From assembly GCF_964194025.1 (NCBI RefSeq), contig NC_134468.1, positions 32,240,001 through 32,304,000 on the forward strand: a stretch of 64,000 bases of DNA. The letters run 5' to 3'. Position 1 is the stretch's first letter. The number at the start of each line of letters is the position of its first letter. This document shows, one piece after another, positions 60,974 through 64,000 of the stretch. This stretch comes from Convolutriloba macropyga. Lineage: Eukaryota. The notes under the pieces are model-generated. The model was given only the letters and a program-made list of their open reading frames with translations, was not told the DNA's origin and made no database searches. The position numbers and the translations under genes are program-made.

Positions 60974-61382
60974 GGTGTCCCCTTTTTTCAACCCTATTCA
61001 TTTAACCCCCTATCATTTAACCCCGATTTATTCACCCCTGTATCATTTAACCCCTCTATCTTTTAACCCGACTATCATTTCACCCCGATTTTAATCTTTC
61101 TATATAAGGATTATTAAATAAGCAATATAATCAATGGCCATGCCTTGCGGGCCATGGCAATGCTTCAGCAGCCCGTGGGACTTGATTTGAAACTATCACA
61201 ACCGAACGTGGGATTAATTTATCCACCTAATTATGACAAAACATGCCTTTAATGTCAACTGATAATTGGCGGGATGAAATGATAGAAGGGTGAAATGATA
61301 GAGGGGATAAATGATAGAGGGATGAATAAATCGGGGTTAACTGATAGGGGTTAAATGAATAGGGGTGAATTGAAGTAGAACC
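60974..61382. mobile_element. Mutator/Foldback-type MITE with subrepeated TIRs
   Basis: Perfect 9-bp TSD TGTCAAATC (60965-60973 and 61383-61391); GG...CC termini; ~120 bp inverted arms built from tatcatttaacccc-like subrepeats. Confidence 0.85.
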
Positions 61383-64000
61383 TGTCAAATCACTTCATGT
61401 GAATAATGTGACAAACCTTAACAGTTTTTAAAATGGCTCAATTGAGAGAGTAATTGGTTTCGGTAAATAGCTATATGTTTCAATTTTTTTTCCGTAGTTA
61501 GAAGACGATACTCATTATTCTGCCAGTAACTCTTGTTTTTTTATGAGATTCTGTTTTGTTTTCTCGATACCTGAATTTTTAATCCCTTTTCTATGGGAAA
61601 ATAAACAAATTTAATTAGGTGTTTTTTAATAATTTTTAAAAACTTTCATACCGTTTTCTTTTCATAAAATAACAACGAGATCTGGCAATTTACCCTCATT
61701 TGTTCTTCTTTTTGATGCAATGTGGCTTAACTTTACTACTGATTAGTCTAATCGGCTATCGAGTCAGACAAAAAGGAGGTTCTTTGGATGTTTCGGTTGA
61801 GAATTGCTAAATTTTTGTGCACTTGATTCCATTGTTTTTCTACAAAAATTTGATGACATTTTGAGGTTTAGTTGCTTTTTTTGTTTTTGTTTTTTTAATA
61901 ACGTTTCCTTAAAGGTTTTTACTGAAAACTCTTTTTGTCTCTTTGTCTTTTCGGTTAGATATAAATGACAATGCTTGATTGACTATGTTTCATCTTCTAA
62001 TGCTTCATCTAGCACTGCTTGCTATAAAAAATAATTGTGATTGTTTTTTTTGACCGTGCTTATTTCTTTTCCCTTTTTGTCACTCAGAAATATAATTTAC
62101 AGGTATCATCAGATACGCTTTTAGTTACTTTGACATCTTTAAGCAAATTTTGAATTTTAAAAATTTTGCCCGTTTTTTTGTTAGTTTTCTCTTTTAATTT
62201 AGTTCAAACAAGGAGGATGCCACGGAACCATGTGGGATTTATAGCGGTATACCATTTGTTGAGGTTAAGAGTTTACAGGCTCTGACGCCATTGTTTCAAA
62301 GACATGAAAGATGACTTTCGAATTTCTCATTTCATGTTTTTGTACTGCCAGTTTTGTCTTCCTTGATCTAATTCAGTCTTGATGTATGAGTTTTGTTGAT
62401 CATGTATCTTAATAACAATTAGATATTTTCATCGGATTTTATAGCTTTGAAACTATTGGTTTTCAAAATGAAGACGAATGAAATTGTTTATTTTTCAGAA
62501 ATATCTTTTGCTTTGTTCTTTTTCTGTATGGTTGGTTATTTCAGTTGTTAAAAGTTGAGTGTTTCTCCTCTGATATGAATCATGGTCAGGTATTCAAATG
62601 TATTCATTTCCTAGAATTATAAATCGAAATTTAAACCTACTATAATTTTAATTTTGCCGTCAAGATTCTGACCATATGAAGACACGTTGATTTCAAATCA
62701 GATTCTTTTCAATTTGTATACTATGTTACGAGCTTGACATCTTATTTTCTCTTATTAGACCAAGTTTCTCACCATAAAAATATAAGTGAACCTTTTTTTG
62801 TCACACTTGACGTACATTTAAAAAAGGTTTCCTCACTCTCAAAATGACCTTCCCTTCGTTAGAACGATATTTTAATGTCAAATGAGTTTGCTTCACTTGA
62901 ATCTGTTTCTGACAACAATACTTAGGTCTCAAGTTTAAACAAAGCCGTTTGTTCTGGTCAAAATTTTTTACAGGCCCATTGGATTTGGATTGAATTGGAG
63001 TGTCAAGTTTTTCAAATATCGGTGCACACTTTTTCGGGCTAATGAGAACTCAATTCAGAACAGGAATTTTAACTACACCGGTAAAGAGAAACAAAATGTA
63101 AAGCAAAGCAGTAGTAAAGGGAGTGAAAAATTGGTTGTAAAAGTCGTACAATGAAGTTGTAAAAGTCTTACAATCAAGGTCACAAAAAATTATGTTCGTT
63201 GAGTATTCTAATGTTTGCCCAAAAGTTGTCTAATATAGTTTAACATCTTTGTGAGTGTTTTTCGATACGGTGTTATAAATGAAAGAAGAAAATGGACTGA
63301 GAAATTGCGAGTGAAATAGGGAGTGACATTTTGCTGTTGTTATCACGAATGCTTTTCAAAACGATCAGAATTTTTATGGTGCTTGGCTGCATTTTTGAAA
63401 TTCTCGAGGGCGTGATAAGAGGTTTTAATGAATTCGGAGTTCATTTTTCCGAAAACAAGTTTGTGAAATTTTTTTATCTCGTCGTATTTGTTGTTCTTTT
63501 CTGTTGTAATATCACTTAGTAGCTTTAATAACAGGTTGCATTGGGTTTCAAACGAAGCGCGATTGAACTGACTGAAAGTTTGCTGTTGATATTTAAAGAT
63601 TTTATTAACTTGAAACTAAATTTTTTTTCAAAAAACATGAGCGAAACTTTCAATTTTGCTTGTTTTGTTCTTCCTTTCTCGTAGTCGCATCACTTATTTC
63701 TAGTGATGACAAATCTCCTTTGTTCTCCAAAAATACATGAAAAAATTTGAAGCTTTCCCTTAAACATTAGTTGAGTTTTTAAAAGTATTTCCTATCGAAA
63801 TGTTTTTCTTTATTCCAATTTAGCCCGCATTTTTTAAGTTCATATTGTCATCTCGTCAAGTAGTTGCAGCAATAACAAGTCAATAATTGCTAATGTTTGT
63901 TGTTCAGAGATGGCTAGGTTATTAGATATTTCATTTCTTTTGATTTCCATTTCAGGATGTTGTCTTTTACGTTTTCCATTTTTGTATTGAGACTAAAGCT

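Noticed and set aside
60130-64000. Possible host exons at the window end
   Set aside because: T-rich intron-like sequence with scattered AG/GT signals and no ORF with recognisable homology.

Overview
AT-rich eukaryotic (invertebrate animal-like) genomic DNA, rich in mobile elements; the species cannot be determined from the sequence. 1-8142 is the right arm of an apparently intact Polinton/Maverick: minor capsid C-terminus, major capsid, adenain protease, convergent protein-primed DNA polymerase B, subterminal repeats and an ACTACT terminus. It sits just upstream of a splice acceptor of an MPLKIP/TTDN1-like host exon. 11.0-18.6 kb is an 8 x ~948 bp tandem array derived from a dispersed repeat. 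Host genes follow: an intronless FHOD formin (21.6-26.0 kb), a 5-exon PRPF4 with a GC-AG first intron (32.1-38.8 kb) and a divergent intronless RPL36 239 bp downstream. Next come Helentron-like non-autonomous elements, a 1.65 kb-period duplication, a decayed ~14.9 kb env-bearing Ty3/Gypsy element (45.2-60.1 kb) and a Mutator-like MITE with a 9-bp TSD. The most unusual signal is a ~5 kb cassette between env and the 3' LTR, bracketed by two homologous, outward-facing tRNA-like Pol III units. Family assignments rest on motif recognition by eye, not on database searches.
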